A stretch of 64,000 nucleotides of DNA from positions 38,006,001 to 38,070,000 of the forward strand of contig OX597830.1 of assembly GCA_951406725.2 (NCBI GenBank). The letters run 5' to 3'. This document shows positions 44,280-58,981 of this stretch, piece by piece. Each line of letters starts with the position of its first letter. Within the stretch, counting starts at the first letter, position 1. Position numbers and translations under genes: made by a program. The notes below the pieces were generated by a model. That model had not been told where the DNA came from, searched no databases, and saw nothing but the letters and a program-made list of their open reading frames with translations. This DNA is from Octopus vulgaris. Lineage: Eukaryota.

Positions 44280-47200
44280 TTCAATACTGAATGAAATTTG
44301 ATGCTATTCTCCCGTCATTATTGCTGAGGTTATTCACGGTATTCATTAGCGATATCTACTGATCCATTGCTACAATGCATGGATCAAACATTTATTTTAA
44401 GCGTAAATGAATGCCACATTTATGAATATTTCGAAGGAACTACTTCAAAGTCAGTGCTCCTAATTCTGTTTATATGAGATGGAAACCTGTCGAAAATTCA
44501 TTGTACAAGGATCTACAATAGCAGGGCAACGTATATAATCCGTGTAAATGGTGTAAATATCTATAGTAAACATATTTAATGTGTTCAGGAAGAAGGTAAT
44601 TTGGTAAAAATATGTTAGTATATTTACAGGGCGAATAGAGCCATCACATAACATACATATATGATTCTTGTATGTGGAAAAATTCGTTTCTTAAACCTTA
44701 ACAATTGTCATCAATGTTGTTTTTATTGCCACTGTTCATGACAACGTTTGATATAAAAATCTATTGTTAGACAAAAATATTTATATAATGTTGTGGATGA
44801 AGACAGAATTTTCTTGCAACATTACACCAGAGTTTAAAAAGTGTGGTAATGTCATCGTCGGAAATTTCCTCTTACAAGGTGATATAAACTGCATGAGCAG
44901 TTATGTTCCTTCTCGAGCCATGCCTAGCTCATAAGGGCCGGTTTCCCGGTTTCCTTGGCGTATAGGTTCCCCACCTGGACGGGGCGCTGGTCCGTCGCAG
45001 GTGAGCTGCAAGATGCAGGAGGAAAGAGTGAGAGAAATTTGTGGCACGAGAGTCAGCAGAAGTTCGCCATGACCTTCTGCTGGAACCGCATGGAGCTTAG
45101 GTGTTTCGCTCATAAACACACCCATCGCTCGGTCCGAGATTCGAATCCGCGATCCCTCTACCGCATGTCCATTGCTCTAACCACTAGGCCATGTTGCTTC
45201 ACATGAGCAGTTATGCATGAGCACTGATAACGATACTCCGACCACATGTCTGTCTAAGAGGAAATATTTTTCATAGATATCAAAACCCGCAAAATCCCGA
45301 CATCAAATGGAATCTTCCATAACAACAGTAATATCAAAACTCGCCAACTCAGGGAAAATATATGAGATTGAAGACAGTCTTCAAATTTCGAATTGAATCA
45401 TTTAGACGGCTTTTTAAAAAAATCAATGAGAATACATCAGCTAAAAGTCAGAAATGATGGGAACAATAACTTAGAAGCGTGCTTTCAACATATCAAAGGA
45501 TACTACTGGCACCCCAGACCGTACATGGAATCACAAAATTACAGGACATGTGTGCCTCAACAAAGAAGTAGAGTAAAACATCTTGCTTAGGAAAAATGTT
45601 ATCCCTAGCTACGCCTTCCATCAACTTGACATTATTATAATGTGTAACTTAACTCAGACCTTGTCCGTTGAATGATTCCTCATTGCAAAAACTTTGCCTG
45701 TGAAATCAAGGGGCAGATGATATCTACATAAACATGTGTCTTGGAAGAAAACATTGCATTAATTTATACTGCGAATCAATATAAAGCGATAAATAATTAC
45801 TTCGGATGTTACGGAAATCAGAAATATCTCGTAGGATTTCCGGAGTATGTAGGTTATTCGTTGCGTGTTCTATTCTTGGTCCCCATGTGTCCTTCAGTAA
45901 GGCACTTTATTTCTTGTTGCTCGAATTCACTTAGCGAGCAGAATTCAAAAGGCGAGCCTTGTCACATTGTGTGTGATACTGAATCTCCTTGAGAACTAAG
46001 GGAAGGGTTTACGTGTCTACGGGTTGCCCTGGAGGTTAATTTCACAAATAGTCTGTTCCGTTAATGGAATTAACTGGAACATTTGTCGACTTAACCGACG
46101 GATATCCAGCTCAGGCTGGCGTCAAAATAGGAAATATTACCATGGACACTTGAAGACATATATATATATATATATAAAGGCTGAAGATAATAATCACGAT
46201 TGTAGCAATTGCGTATAAAAATAAAACTGAGAGGTTATCTATTAGACGGAGGAATTGTATTAGGTCAGTAGAAACGGCATTTATCAATCGGACAATAATT
46301 ACAAAAAAGTGAAAGGTAAAAAGTGTATACATATCGTATATATATTCATCATTGAAAGCAACACGATCCCATGAATAGTTTAACTTCTAAATAGGTATCC
46401 TCTGCATAAGCAGTTCCATGTCACCCAGTACAAACGGTTTTGTTTTATATAATTAGAAAATTGTAGAAGCATTACAAGGACAGCTGTACGTAAATGAAAG
46501 TTTTCCGCAAGCTAGAGGTGGCCAGCGTTATTATAATTAAACAACGGCATAGACGCTGCTAGCGTTATGGACATGACTTCACTCCAGGAAGGATACGCCT
46601 CGCTATTTAAGAATAAATGTAAGTGCTAAATACTTAATCAATAACAGAGAAGCGGATATCTCCAAACATAATCTATATGATAGAAGAAGACAATTGTGGC
46701 TTAGCATTTCCGGCAATAATAGCACCTATACTATCAGTATTAATAGAAAAATGCCAGCAAAATAGCGCTATTTTTAATCAGAAATGACAATTTGTCCGAA
46801 AGATTTTAGAATTTTATTTGCGTGAAGCAATGTTGTAAAAAACTTACGAACGGTTTTTCGGAATCAGAATATATTCACACGTTTCACAATAACGAATGGT
46901 GACAGAAAGTGTCAGTTAAACAGATATGTTAACGTTGTATCGGACGGGGAAAAGATTTCAGGTACTTTTGTAGAGTTAAGGTCTCTAGATGATGTTAATA
47001 TTTCACCTGACATTGTGAAAAAGAAAATCTATGGTGGACATATACGAAGTTACGAGTCTTTTATTATAGCTACAGATTCTCTTTTATGGCTGTAATCATA
47101 GGTAAGCTGAGATATATAACAACAAAGTTTCGCAAAATAGCTGGAAAGGAAAGTATGATGCAGACATATACGCTTCCTGTAAATGGATGGTGTAGAGAGA

Positions 47201-47450
47201 GACAAATAAAGCAGACTAAAATTTCTCCATTTGAGTTTCTAGAAGGAAGATAATTTACGTATACACATTACATACTAGATACATGTATTGTGTGTGTGTG
47301 TGTGTGTTAAATGAAATGAGACAACAAAATCATCTCAATTCACTCGTATTAATACCGAGCCGGTAATAATACGAGTCTACCTGTAGCACTTATATAGCTT
47401 TACATTCCTTCTTGGGTCTTCTGAATAACAATACCTCTCATAACATTGTT
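44280..47450 (+). pseudogene. Decayed polycystin-1-like block F (last PKD repeats -> REJ)
   Basis: PKD motif IYNSRATYIIRVNGVNIYS..VQEE (~44510-44595); REJ start QLDIIIMCNLTQTLSVE*FLI (~45622-45685); REJ TYTLPVNGWCRE (~47164-47200, PPxGGxC-like). Confidence 0.65.
44906..45201 (-). mobile_element. tRNA-derived SINE with 14-bp target site duplication
   Basis: TSD catgagcagttatg at 44892-44905 and 45202-45215; tRNA-like head at the right end. Confidence 0.9.
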
Positions 47451-47683
47451 ATATATATATATATATATATAGCAGAACGGAGCGCCACTGCATGGTGCCA
47501 AGGATTCTTACATGGTATGGATGTGGGTTTCTTTAAAACTAAACTGATCTCTTGTTGAAGTCCCAGATTACCTCACGACAGGAGAATATGCGGGCAGCAG
47601 CATCGATTACTCTACCACTGTATCAGAGGTGGATTCTCTTTGTAGCCACCTAGTTTCAAAACATTTTTAATGATTTAATGATT

Positions 47684-47737
<54 letters not shown>

Positions 47738-47862
47738 TAGCAGCAGAAAATTGTTGAATTTTCTGCTACTTTAAATAAAGCATATTACTCTACCACTGGT
47801 ATTTGAGTACTCTTTTTCCACCTAGTTTCACATTTATGTGTTTACTCCGTATATATATATAT

Positions 47863-47938
<76 letters not shown>

Positions 47939-49769
47939 GTATATATATATAACAAGTAATCTCATGCACTCGTAGCTTATAGTGGCACGTATACTCATGA
48001 CATGATTGAAAGTATATTTATGCATATTTGTTATACTAAAATAATTAGGGATGCTTCGTTGTACCTTGATTATAGCTGAGGCTATCTATTCTAAGCTAAA
48101 TTAGTTTCATGTTCGTTTTTTTAAATGGCATATTCGGTTGCAGCAAAACTTTTGATTATTTTTATCAAGTCTATTGTCTTGAATAAATCGGAAAAGAAAT
48201 AATGTTTGCATACAAATTCATACGCAAAAGCTGTCGTCGTGGCTTTGCAATCAAACATATATATTGTCCCTCTCCCACGATCACACGCAGTACGTACATC
48301 ACACATAATCACATACACGCACTCTGACTCTCTCACACATACAACACACACAGACACATACATTGTCCCTTTCTCTCCCTCTCTCTCTCCCACACACACA
48401 AATACTTCCTCTGTCTCAAACACGTAGACTCTGTCTGTCTCTCTCTCTCTCTGAATCTCTGTCTCTCTATCTCTCTCTGGCTCTTTCTGTTGCACAAATA
48501 TATCTTTTGTACACCGTTCATACTACTGAGACTCTACATGCTGTGGTGGTGAATTCACCAACAGCTTTTACGTTCTTTATTTGAATTGACATCAGATATA
48601 CCGAACATTGTAAATATATTATGAATTATCACATTTCAAGTTTTCGCTATTCTGGTTTTTTACTTTTGATATTTTTTATTAAGTCTAGAAGTTTTCAAAC
48701 CTTTTGAATAGTTTTTACATACAATTTATACAAATTTTTATATTATTTACAGTTCAAATTTTCACTATTCTTTCAATAAAACTTTGGATACCACACACAA
48801 ACACACACACGCACACATACAAACGCACACACACAAAACTAATGCACACATACGGCACGCATACACATCGTCTCACACACACGGATGCATAGCTTTGCGT
48901 AGATTTTATAGTATTTCATGTATTAGCTACTGGTTTCTTTCATTTCATATTATTTACTGTTCAAATTTTCTTTATTAAAATTCATTCTTTTGACTTAGTT
49001 TATCACTTTCTTTAATTGTTTTAACTTTCTCTACACATTACATACCCAAATACATACAGTCAGACGCCATCGTTTATCGCTAGCTCCAATTTCTTTTTTT
49101 ATTCTCTCTATATTTATTTCATTGTGTTCCTTTGTGTTGAAGAGCGTAGGCTCGAAACATAAAAGACTTTCTCACCTTCCCGAGCGTTAAACTAATACAC
49201 CTGTTTGTTGGTTTTACACCTGTCTTCGTCTTTTGCTTTTCCGTAATTTTCAACTACATAGCTACTAGTCTATTATGCTTCGAGGATAAAGAAGGAGATC
49301 ATTAAGGTCAAGAGATAAAGACAATTATGTGAGGGTTCTACAAGAATAAGGGGGTAAACGAGAAACAACTGAACTGAGGGCAGCATGGCTCCAGGGTAGC
49401 ATAGTCAGGAAACAAAGAAGGCAAGAAGCAAGATTTGAGACAAATAACAGTCTGATATTTACAGAAGCTGCAATGATAAACAAAGAAGCGTACCGAATTA
49501 TGAGAGCAGAATGAGTAGTGGAATGTAAGGGATACAATATTTCTGCTAATATAGGTGTGATAGATAAAATATGGCTTTAGAGTCGTGTTTTTCTATTCCA
49601 TGGCGAAACCGCAAACATTCTGCAGCATGATGGGAAAGGTAAGTATTGACACTTTACAACCTCCATCAAATGGACTCGTCTAATTATAAACACAAGGAAT
49701 TCTTATGTTGTCAATCGCTGCCATTACCATCACTGTATCGGGCATCTACTACCAGGCTCAAATCAGCAA

Positions 49770-50700
49770 ATGATTGCTATATTATCATCTGCTATTGCAG
49801 CAACATTCAATAAACATGCAATGTGTAATGTTGATAAACAGCCTGGTACTGCAAGTTTGCTTCGTAATACAAAACTAATTGTATGGGATATGTACACGAT
49901 GATTAGTCGCGAGAGCTTTAGACCTGTGACTCGCACTTGTAATTGACTATAAAACAGGGATCAGGCTTTTGGTAGAATTTTATAAGCAGCCTAAGTTTAT
50001 ATTTGAGGTCCATCAGGACAAGTTTTAAGAAAAATAATAATGTTGAAATCGATTTATATTAAAATCAGGTTTTGCCCACGAGAACGATATTAGACTGCAT
50101 TGCATTGACTTTTTCTGTATCCCACATTCAGCAATCACGCAGAATTATTTTCTAAAAATTTCATCTTGGACACTCAATAAAATTACGAGAATATATCAGC
50201 TCAGTCTGTAGTAGACGTTTCCCAGGATCACTCACATTTAGTGACATCAGTGAAGGAACTGATGCCGCATATATTCCTACAGAATTCCTTGATTCACTTG
50301 AAATATTTGGATTGCGACCGCATTAACTGCAATTGATGAAATCCTAATTTCAGTGAGTAACTTTGAACCTCTAAGGCTTTGCAATTGAACACTAATTATC
50401 GTACAAGAAATGCACGAGAATCCAATCGTAACAGAGATTAATATTGGTGAATTAAAAAATTACATGGTTATCGTTCTGCTGTGTCGACACCCCCAGACGA
50501 TGAAGTAGGCTAGGCCAATACGTAGATATAGAGGGAGAAGTCTAAACATCGAGGAGTGGGGTAGAGGTCATCCGAACGTGCGATATAACACGTTCCAAGA
50601 ATTAAGCCCAATGGATCAGAAGGTGAAGATATATCTGGTCAGGGGCTTCAGTTCCCAACACTGTCATGCTTTGCAATGACTATACATAAAGCACAATGAC
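49770..50700 (+). mobile_element. Helitron PIF1-helicase remnant
   Basis: MIAILSSAIAAT, CNVDKQPGTASLLRNTKLIVWDMYTMI, IPTEFLDSLEIFGLRPH*LQL, PLRLCN*TLIIV and QFPTLSCFAMTIHKAQ are Helitron helicase motifs; stops and deletions present. Confidence 0.88.
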
Positions 50701-50924
50701 TATGCATAAAGCGACATGTGGAATGAAAATACTAATGTTTTCTTGAAGTAAGGCAGACCTGCTAGAAATGATATAAAAAACATTCTCCTCAAAACATTGG
50801 AGATATACAGTTGTCATTCTTCTTTAATATGGAAAAACGATGTGTTCACGTTTACAACTTTCTGCATGCATTTAACAATTTAACACATGACTATTAAATG
50901 TATAGTTCAAATTAAAGAAGCCTG

Positions 50925-51007
<83 letters not shown>

Positions 51008-51714
51008 TATACATAAGTATGGTGATTTCTATTTAACAAACATGTAAGTCGGCACACACAGAAACACATATTTATAGTATGCCATCTATTAAGAAATTAC
51101 TGGAAAGTTGTTTACTAACACAAAGGAGCTCTGTTAATTTTTACAGGCCGGCTAAATGTCTGCGACAAAACGTCTGAAATAATATTGAAATTATGCGGAT
51201 TTGCAGAATAGGTTTCGAAATCGTCTCGATTTCGAAGACAGGCCAAAGAAAACCAGAATTTGTGCTTCTAATCCAATCAATTAGTGTTTCACAAATTATT
51301 TGGAACGTATTCCAAATATTCTACTTTTATATTACGTAAGAATAATATTTGACACTTACATCTAGCGTTTGAATTTATGTTTAGCAACATATACATCTTC
51401 ATAAATGCTTACTTTAATTCTCTCACTTGTTCAGAAATCCCAGAAGATTTCACGATTACATCACAAACAGCCTTTTCAATTTGTTAGTGACGAACTTCAT
51501 TTTTCGAAGATGAATTTATATAAATAGCAAAGGCAAAAATTGTTCCTGTGTACGTACACATATGTCCATGGAATTAATGTCTGAAATCCAAAGAATCAAA
51601 CTTGTTTCTGTGAAAGAAAACGATCCTTTCTCTATTGATTATTTAAAAATATATATATAATAAAACAAGAATACACAAACAAATAAGCGTAAAAATACAT
51701 GAATACGTATATAC

Positions 51715-52005
51715 AATCGTAGTGCATTCATGCTGACGTAAAAACAGAAGTAGTTAAATACAAAAACAAAAATTATATTCATCGGCCTTGCAATCCTTTC
51801 AGACTACGCTTCAGTGAACACTCACTTACAAGAGAACGCACAAAAGAAATGGCACTTTGCTGTCTGGTCGTATCTAGGATATAATGACTAGAAATATAGG
51901 ATATCAGTTAAGAAGAAATATTTCATCTAAGGTGAATCGATATTCTGAAAATAATAGACCTTGTAACCTCTGTATCACAGAAAGTATGGTAATAGTTCTT
52001 TAGCA
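51715..52005 (+). mobile_element. Penelope-like GIY-YIG endonuclease remnant
   Basis: NYIHRPCNPFRLRFSEH (cf. YIG..FKxRxxxH) and YSENNRPCNLCITESMVI (cf. KxCxLCLxEK). Confidence 0.6.
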
Positions 52006-52929
52006 AACTCCTGTCGTAAAATCAAAAATAAATAAATAAGATAAAAACAGTCTATTCACGTATGAATATTTTGGTTTCAAACATTCGAACAAGGCCAGCA
52101 ATTTCGTGGAAGGAGTATGTAGATTACAGCGAGCCTACATCTTATCTAGTAGATTATCGACCACAGGGAAAGGCAAAAATTGACCTCGGCGTGATTTGAA
52201 CTCAGACCATAAAGGCGGATGAAATCCCCTTAACCATTGTGCCCGCCATATTAACGATTCTGCCAGCTCGCCGCCTTACTCCCTGTTTGCATATTAGAAA
52301 GTCTTTACTATTTCTGTAAATATTCATCATATGTTTATATTTTAAAAGTGATATCCCGAATATAGTTCCCGGTAAAAATATCACACTACATATATATTCT
52401 TTTTACAATACTACATTTCAAACCAATTCAACAAATATTAGCATTGCAGTTTCCTTACTGTCACTTACTTGACGATTACGGAATTGGATTCTTTGTATGC
52501 CTTAACTATGCCTCCTTCAACCAAGCTGGAGCCAATTCCAGCATGTATTTACAAACAACATTGTACTATTATATTTTTGTTATGTTTACTTCATTTGAAG
52601 CAAATCGGTTTTTAATGATTCACTTATTAACCATTCCACATACTTTCCAAAGCATTTAATTATTTAATAGGTAGTTTCATGTGAATTATTCCGTTAGTAA
52701 TTTCAACTTTTGTATCATATTACATTATAACATACATCTATTAAGAAATAGTCGCGGCGCTGCTGTCAGAAATGTATTCCCCAGCTCCATGGTTCTGGGC
52801 TCAATCTCACAGCGGAGCATATTGGGAGCATGTGTTTCGTTATAGTGCCAGACATATGATTGGCATTGGTAGACAGAAACTGAAAGATGTCCATCCTTGT
52901 GTGCGTGTGTGTGTGTGTGTGTGTATCTA

Positions 52930-53251
52930 AAGACTCCGCCGGTTACGACGACGAGGGTCCCAGCTGATACGATCAACGGAACAGCTTGCTCGTGAAATTA
53001 ACGTGCAAATGGCTGAGCATTCCACAGACACGTGTACCCTTAACGTAGTTCTCGGGGATAATCAGCGAGACACAGAGAGTGACAAGGCTGACCCTTTGAA
53101 ATACAAGTACAACTCATTTTTGCCAGCTGAGTGGACTGGTGCAACGTGAAATAAAGTGTCTTGCTCAAGGACACAACGCGTCGCCGGGAATCGAACTCAC
53201 AACCTTACGATCATGAGCCGAATGCCCTAACCACTAAGCCACGCGCCCTCA
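52930..53251 (-). mobile_element. tRNA-derived SINE
   Basis: Reverse complement of the head (gagggcgcgtggcttagtggttagggcattcggctcatgatcg); body shared with the 25539 copy (ccccgagaactacgttaagggtacacgtgtctgtgga). Confidence 0.9.
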
Positions 53252-53409
53252 CGTGTGTGTGTATACCTAAATGTCAAATGACGAGAATGAGTGGTCAACA
53301 CCACGTTGGTGGATAAAATTTCTTTACTTGCGTAATAAGCCTACCATTGGTTTCATGTTATCACATGGAGGAATGGTGTCACATGGAAGAATGGTGTCCA
53401 TCTCCATTT

Positions 53410-53480
<71 letters not shown>

Positions 53481-54061
53481 CGTGTGTATATATGTGTGTG
53501 TTTACGATTTACGTGATGAAAGATCCATTATATATTCTTAATATTTTATATTCCTTCAAATGCGATGAAATAAATCTGCCAAAGCGATTGGGTTTCCGCT
53601 CCATTTTCAGTTTTTAACAGTGTGAGCCATTCATAGCTATAACCATTTAGACACTTTATACCTAACTTTTTCACACACATTTAATTCCAGAAATAATCGT
53701 CCATTAGATTTTTCTCACTAATTTTCAGACATTGTCTGTTTATATTAACTTATCTCATTTTTTTATTCAGATTTATCGTTGCTTTTAGAATCTTAGAGTT
53801 CTAGTTTACTTCCAAATGTTTTTTTTTATTCCAATTGTTAATATTTCAGCTATTCTATACAAATACTTTTGTTTTGTAATGATGACTATATATATATATA
53901 TATATATATACGCAAACACATACACATATGTATATATTAATAGTTTGGTGAGAGTGTTTTGTTCGACATTAATGCATATAGCTATCGCTTTTAACTACTT
54001 CTGGCAGATTACAGTGACTATGTGCAAGCATATTTACACATAGTGTATATATATAAACAAA

Positions 54062-55400
54062 ACAGAGGTTGAAAATGCGCTGAGAATAGTTAAAACATTT
54101 TTTATTGATATATTTAAAGCTTTAACCGGTTTCACAGTTTACACTGATTTTCAAATACAAAGACGTGGCTAATGTCGCAGCTATCTTGCTTCTGACTAGT
54201 GTTTTAAGCTTGCACTATTTTCATAGGCATTTCATGGCTCAAATTAGTATATGTTTTGAATAGGATTTGATTGGTAGGGTATAGAATGATAATTCGCCGA
54301 CAACAAATAGAAAACCCCAGTCATACACAGATTCCACTGAGTGGCCACAGACATACGTGCAAAAATAAGTCTCCCTAATTCCAAGTCTTTCCAGTCTACC
54401 TATGTTCAGCGAATACCACAGATGAAGCACAGATAAACAAAAATATTTCTTTATTGCCCACAGGGTTTAAACATAGATGGGACAAACAAGGACAGACAAA
54501 AGGATTAACTCGATTACATCGACTCCAGTGCGTAACTGGTACTTAATTTATCGACCTCGAAATGATGAACGGCAAAGTCGACCTCGGCGGAATTTGAACT
54601 CAGAATGTAACGGCAAACGAAATACCGCTAAGCATTTCTTCCGGCGTGCTAACGTTTCTGCAAGCTCGCCGCCTTTAAACAAAGAAAATACTTTCTTTAA
54701 ACTAAGAAAATACTTTCATACACATGATAGACTTTAACAGAGTACATACGCAGATAACTATTCTCACACAAAACTCATTTTACAACCTATCATGAGGAAG
54801 CTACACAGCTAGCAATGTAAACTTTAGTCACTGGACCACTCGCACAATAGGCAGATTGAATTTGAAGTAGCTTGATTATAACTAAACATGTTCATTCAAC
54901 CGAACCTGCCTTCCTTTTCGGCGCAAAATATACAGTCACATGACACAATTGCACGGACGTAGCGAGAAATGTATTTAATGCTAAAAGCTTAAATATGTGT
55001 TCATTCTCTAGAAACACTCGACAGAAAACTTTCAGAGCACTGACTGTTCGGACATGTTCAATCAACTATGTCAACCTTAACTTAGGATGCCCAAGCATTG
55101 TTATTTCATACTAACACTTGGACGTAGCGTGGAACCTTCAAAGATTTCTAAGACCAGTCATGTGACTGCCCCCTGCCAATGAAACCCACTTCAAAACATA
55201 TAGTAAGTTGAGCCATCAACTCCCTATAAAAATAGGGCAAGATTCAAACACGAGTCAGAAGCAAGACAGCTGCGACAGAAGCCACGTCAATCTATTTGAG
55301 CATTTTGAAAGAAATCAGTGTAAACTGTGAAAACGGTTAAAGCTTTAAATATATTGATAAAAATTACTTTCACTATTCTAAGTGCATTTTCAACTTGTAT
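54062..55400. mobile_element. Element bounded by ~220-bp diverged inverted repeats (Penelope-like pLTRs), with a SINE inserted at ~54443-54675
   Basis: ~54066-54280 is the reverse complement of ~55170-55397; arms carry a decayed hammerhead-like ..cagtgtaaactgt GAAA ccgg tt motif. Confidence 0.55.
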
Positions 55401-55640
55401 TTTTCCTATATTTCTACCCATGTGAAAAACAAATTTTGTTTTATATATATATATATATATATTTATATTTATACTTTATATGAGTGTATAAATGTTGATA
55501 GGTATAAAATTATATATAAAAGTGTGCACTTGTATGCGTATTTATACATTCGTTTATGTTTGTTTATGTGTGCGCAGGTATGTGTGTGTGATGCGAGATC
55601 AACAGATAGATACATACATACAGAGAGAGAGAGAGAGAGA

Positions 55641-55671
<31 letters not shown>

Positions 55672-56343
55672 TTGCTGACATATTGATTTTTCTTGTGTTT
55701 GCGCGTGTGTGCTTAGTATTTTTGCTTGCTTACCTCTAGCTGCTTTGTTTGTGTATAATGCTGGCTCTGTAGTTGTCTCTACTTAAAATCTGTATGCGTA
55801 TTGATTCAAGCATTATTCAACTGAGGCTGTTACATAGATCTAGTTTTCTTACAGGTTTTATGTAGAAATCTTTTTGAACTAAACTTTTACATAGGAAGCC
55901 TTGAGAGGTTTTCTTTCGCAATATGCATTGCTCTATGTTCTATTTGAGATGCTAGTTTCCATGTGTTAATACTTTAATCCATTAAATAAATATTTGTATT
56001 CCGGTCTAGATTAAACACCTATTCCTTAAACATAAGGCCGTATAAAATCCCTTCACTACTCTAATAGTGAGTTACATGTTTTCACTTTTAGAAGTATTTC
56101 GATTCAGTATCTAGTAAACGTTATTTTTTCAAAGGTTCTTCGAGACACATTTTCCCAATATCTTCTACCATAGTACTAAACACATTTTCTAAATATTTCA
56201 GTAAATCGCTTCCTTACTCGGAAACCACCAAACCTTAAACGGTCTTTTGTATTCCATTTTCCTAAATGAAACTGTCATCAGTTTAAATGGCGTCACTCAA
56301 CTACGTGTCAGTTATACTTAGTCCTGCAACGTTTGTCCTAAAC

Positions 56344-56439
56344 CAGTGGTTCCGCGCCTGGGGTCCACGAACTCTTGGTGGTCCACAAAGGTAGTAATGC
56401 GGGTCCGTGAACTAAATTCGATATTACATATATATGACA

Positions 56440-56508
<69 letters not shown>

Positions 56509-56610
56509 GCATAAGGATAAAGATATAAAAAGGGGTCCGTGAGAAACCTCATTTAAATAAATGGGTAGGGAACCACTGAGAAGCCAATATGAAATGTTTG
56601 CAAACCACTG
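56344..56610. mobile_element. hAT (Charlie-like) MITE with internal (TA)n
   Basis: TIRs cagtggtt / aaccactg; 8-bp TSD-like flanks tcctaaac / ttctaaat. Confidence 0.7.
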
Positions 56611-57275
56611 TTCTAAATAATTCCTTTAGACATATGATTATCTCATTTGTGACCAAAATGACTGGAAAATTATGAAACATTTAAACACGTTGTTCCTTAA
56701 TAACCTGCAAAAGTTACTGGGTGATTCAATGGCCTAGAGTTTCGCGTGTTAGCAATTATCAACGCATGAATATCTCCGTCCTGCAGCCACTGTATAAAGC
56801 TATAAGGCTGGTTATTAATAGAAAAACAAATATGTACTCATGTTTTTAGTTTAATTTTTCTGTTTTCATCACAAAAACGATATATATATTGTTGTCTTTA
56901 GGGATGATCATGTTGCCAGTTTAGCCAACAAAAACACACGCACTATATATTTGGTGTTAATTTGCTTCAGCTTTATTAAATTTTTTACATTAATCTTAAT
57001 CTTATTTCGGCCAGAGTTCTTGCGTCTGTTCTGTGTGGAGAAGATTTTAACTTCTCTGTTGTTAAGTGAACCCTCGTGTTCCTGCTCAGCGTGCTGGGAA
57101 GAACCGATGAGCTCTTCTCTTCATTAGGTTCCCGCCAATTGGCCTTTACCCGCTCTCCTATGCTCCGTGCCGTTTCCCCTAGTATGTCATTGTCTTGTTA
57201 CTGCAACGTCCCTCTGTACATCTTATACTATAGACTATATTTTCTTCTAAAGCTCCCAAACACAGACGGACAAAT

Positions 57276-57359
<84 letters not shown>

Positions 57360-57525
57360 ACGGGTTTCGTTCAGTTTCCGTCAACCAAATGCATTCACAA
57401 GGCATTGCCTAGCCTGCAGCTATAGTACAAAGCACTTGCCCAAGGTGACACAGTGGGACAGACCCTGGAACCATGTGTTTGGGAGGGAAGCATCTTACCA
57501 CTAAGCTACACCAGCCCCTATATGT

Positions 57526-57586
<61 letters not shown>

Positions 57587-57775
57587 CGTGTGTGTGTGTG
57601 TTTGGTGATTAAAAAGGAGACTGACAAAACGGATAGATTCTTAACAATCTACGCTGATAATAGTACCAGACTCCAATCGCCAGTAGTCTGCGCAGTGGAA
57701 AAAAATACTAGGTGATGAGGTGATTATAATATGCTGTATAAAATTGTGAAATAAAGTTTTTGGAAGAACAAGTTA

Positions 57776-57830
<55 letters not shown>

Positions 57831-57860
57831 GTATGTATGCGTATGTGTTTGTGTTATATA

Positions 57861-57933
<73 letters not shown>

Positions 57934-58253
57934 ACTTACATATATCATGTACATATATATACGCGTGTGTGTCTGAGTGTGTGTATCTGTTCATAAATGG
58001 AATTTCTCTAAGTAATCTAGTACAAAAGATTTACTGATCAAAAATTCATCAACGATTATTCATCTACAACTATGAATGACATTCACCCATTATGGTTAAC
58101 GAGAATGTGAAGAGAAATCATACTTGAATAATCGTTCCAAGAATCGCCAACTTCAAACATTTTGTGCGAGGATATTAACTGATTATTAAGAAATTCGTCA
58201 TCAACCAACTCAGACCACTGTTGAATAATTCATCCCCCACACATCTTTATATG

Positions 58254-58291
<38 letters not shown>

Positions 58292-58357
58292 ATACTTACA
58301 TACACATATATATATACATACATACATACATACATATGTATGTATTTATATATACAT

Positions 58358-58390
<33 letters not shown>

Positions 58391-58981
58391 CATATATATT
58401 TATACATATGTGTGTATATATATACGTGTGTGTTTGTGTGTGTGTGCGCGTAGGTATATATGTCTGTGTGCTGGTGTGTTTTTATGCATATTTGCGTAGG
58501 CATTTGGCTGAGTGTTGTGCAATTCTGTGTCCTTGATATGTACTTAGATAATTAAGAAGACTTCGTTTTATAATAAGCTATGAATTATTTCACTCTGTAG
58601 ATTGCTTTCCGTGCCACTCTTTGCAATTACAAATCTGCGTTTATCTCATGTTATCCACACACACACACCCACACACATATATATAATATGCAAATATGTA
58701 TCCATATATGAGTCTGTGTGTGTATCTAATTATATGTGTCTGTGTGTGCCCGTGTGTATGAATGTATCTGTTTGTTTATACGTATGTTGCAGTGTTTACG
58801 TGTGATGTCTGTATCTTCACTGTTCTTGGTGCCGATTGACGGCATTATTATCACTAATCTTGCGGTATGACTGAACGATTAAAACATCGGAATTAACGCG
58901 TTAAGTCATCTATAACAACTCTGTATATTCTGTGTTAAAAGTCACCGGTGTCCATTTAGTCTTTCATGGTGTCGGGGTATA

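Larger units (their letters stand above)
47950..56860 (-). pseudogene. Decayed polycystin-1-like block G (PKD -> REJ -> GAIN -> GPS -> PLAT start)
   Basis: PKD LENVFS..MCLEEPL (~56192-56130); REJ GRLFLELNVCE..KCLNGYSYEWL (~53702-53625) and KFYPPTWC (~53335-53308); GAIN AVCDVIVKSSGISEQVREL and TYSANPHNFNIISDVLSQTF (51470-51155; cf. VDSNPFPF..STKVASMAF); GPS EFTTTACRVS (~48565-48530) and DCKATTTAFAYEFV..TIDLIKII (~48252-48155); HKYTF (~48022). Confidence 0.7.

Noticed and set aside
49135-49170. Hammerhead-like ttgaagagcgtaggctcgaaac
   Set aside because: Lacks the C3 core base, stem III and a UH cleavage site; at most a decayed Penelope pLTR fragment.
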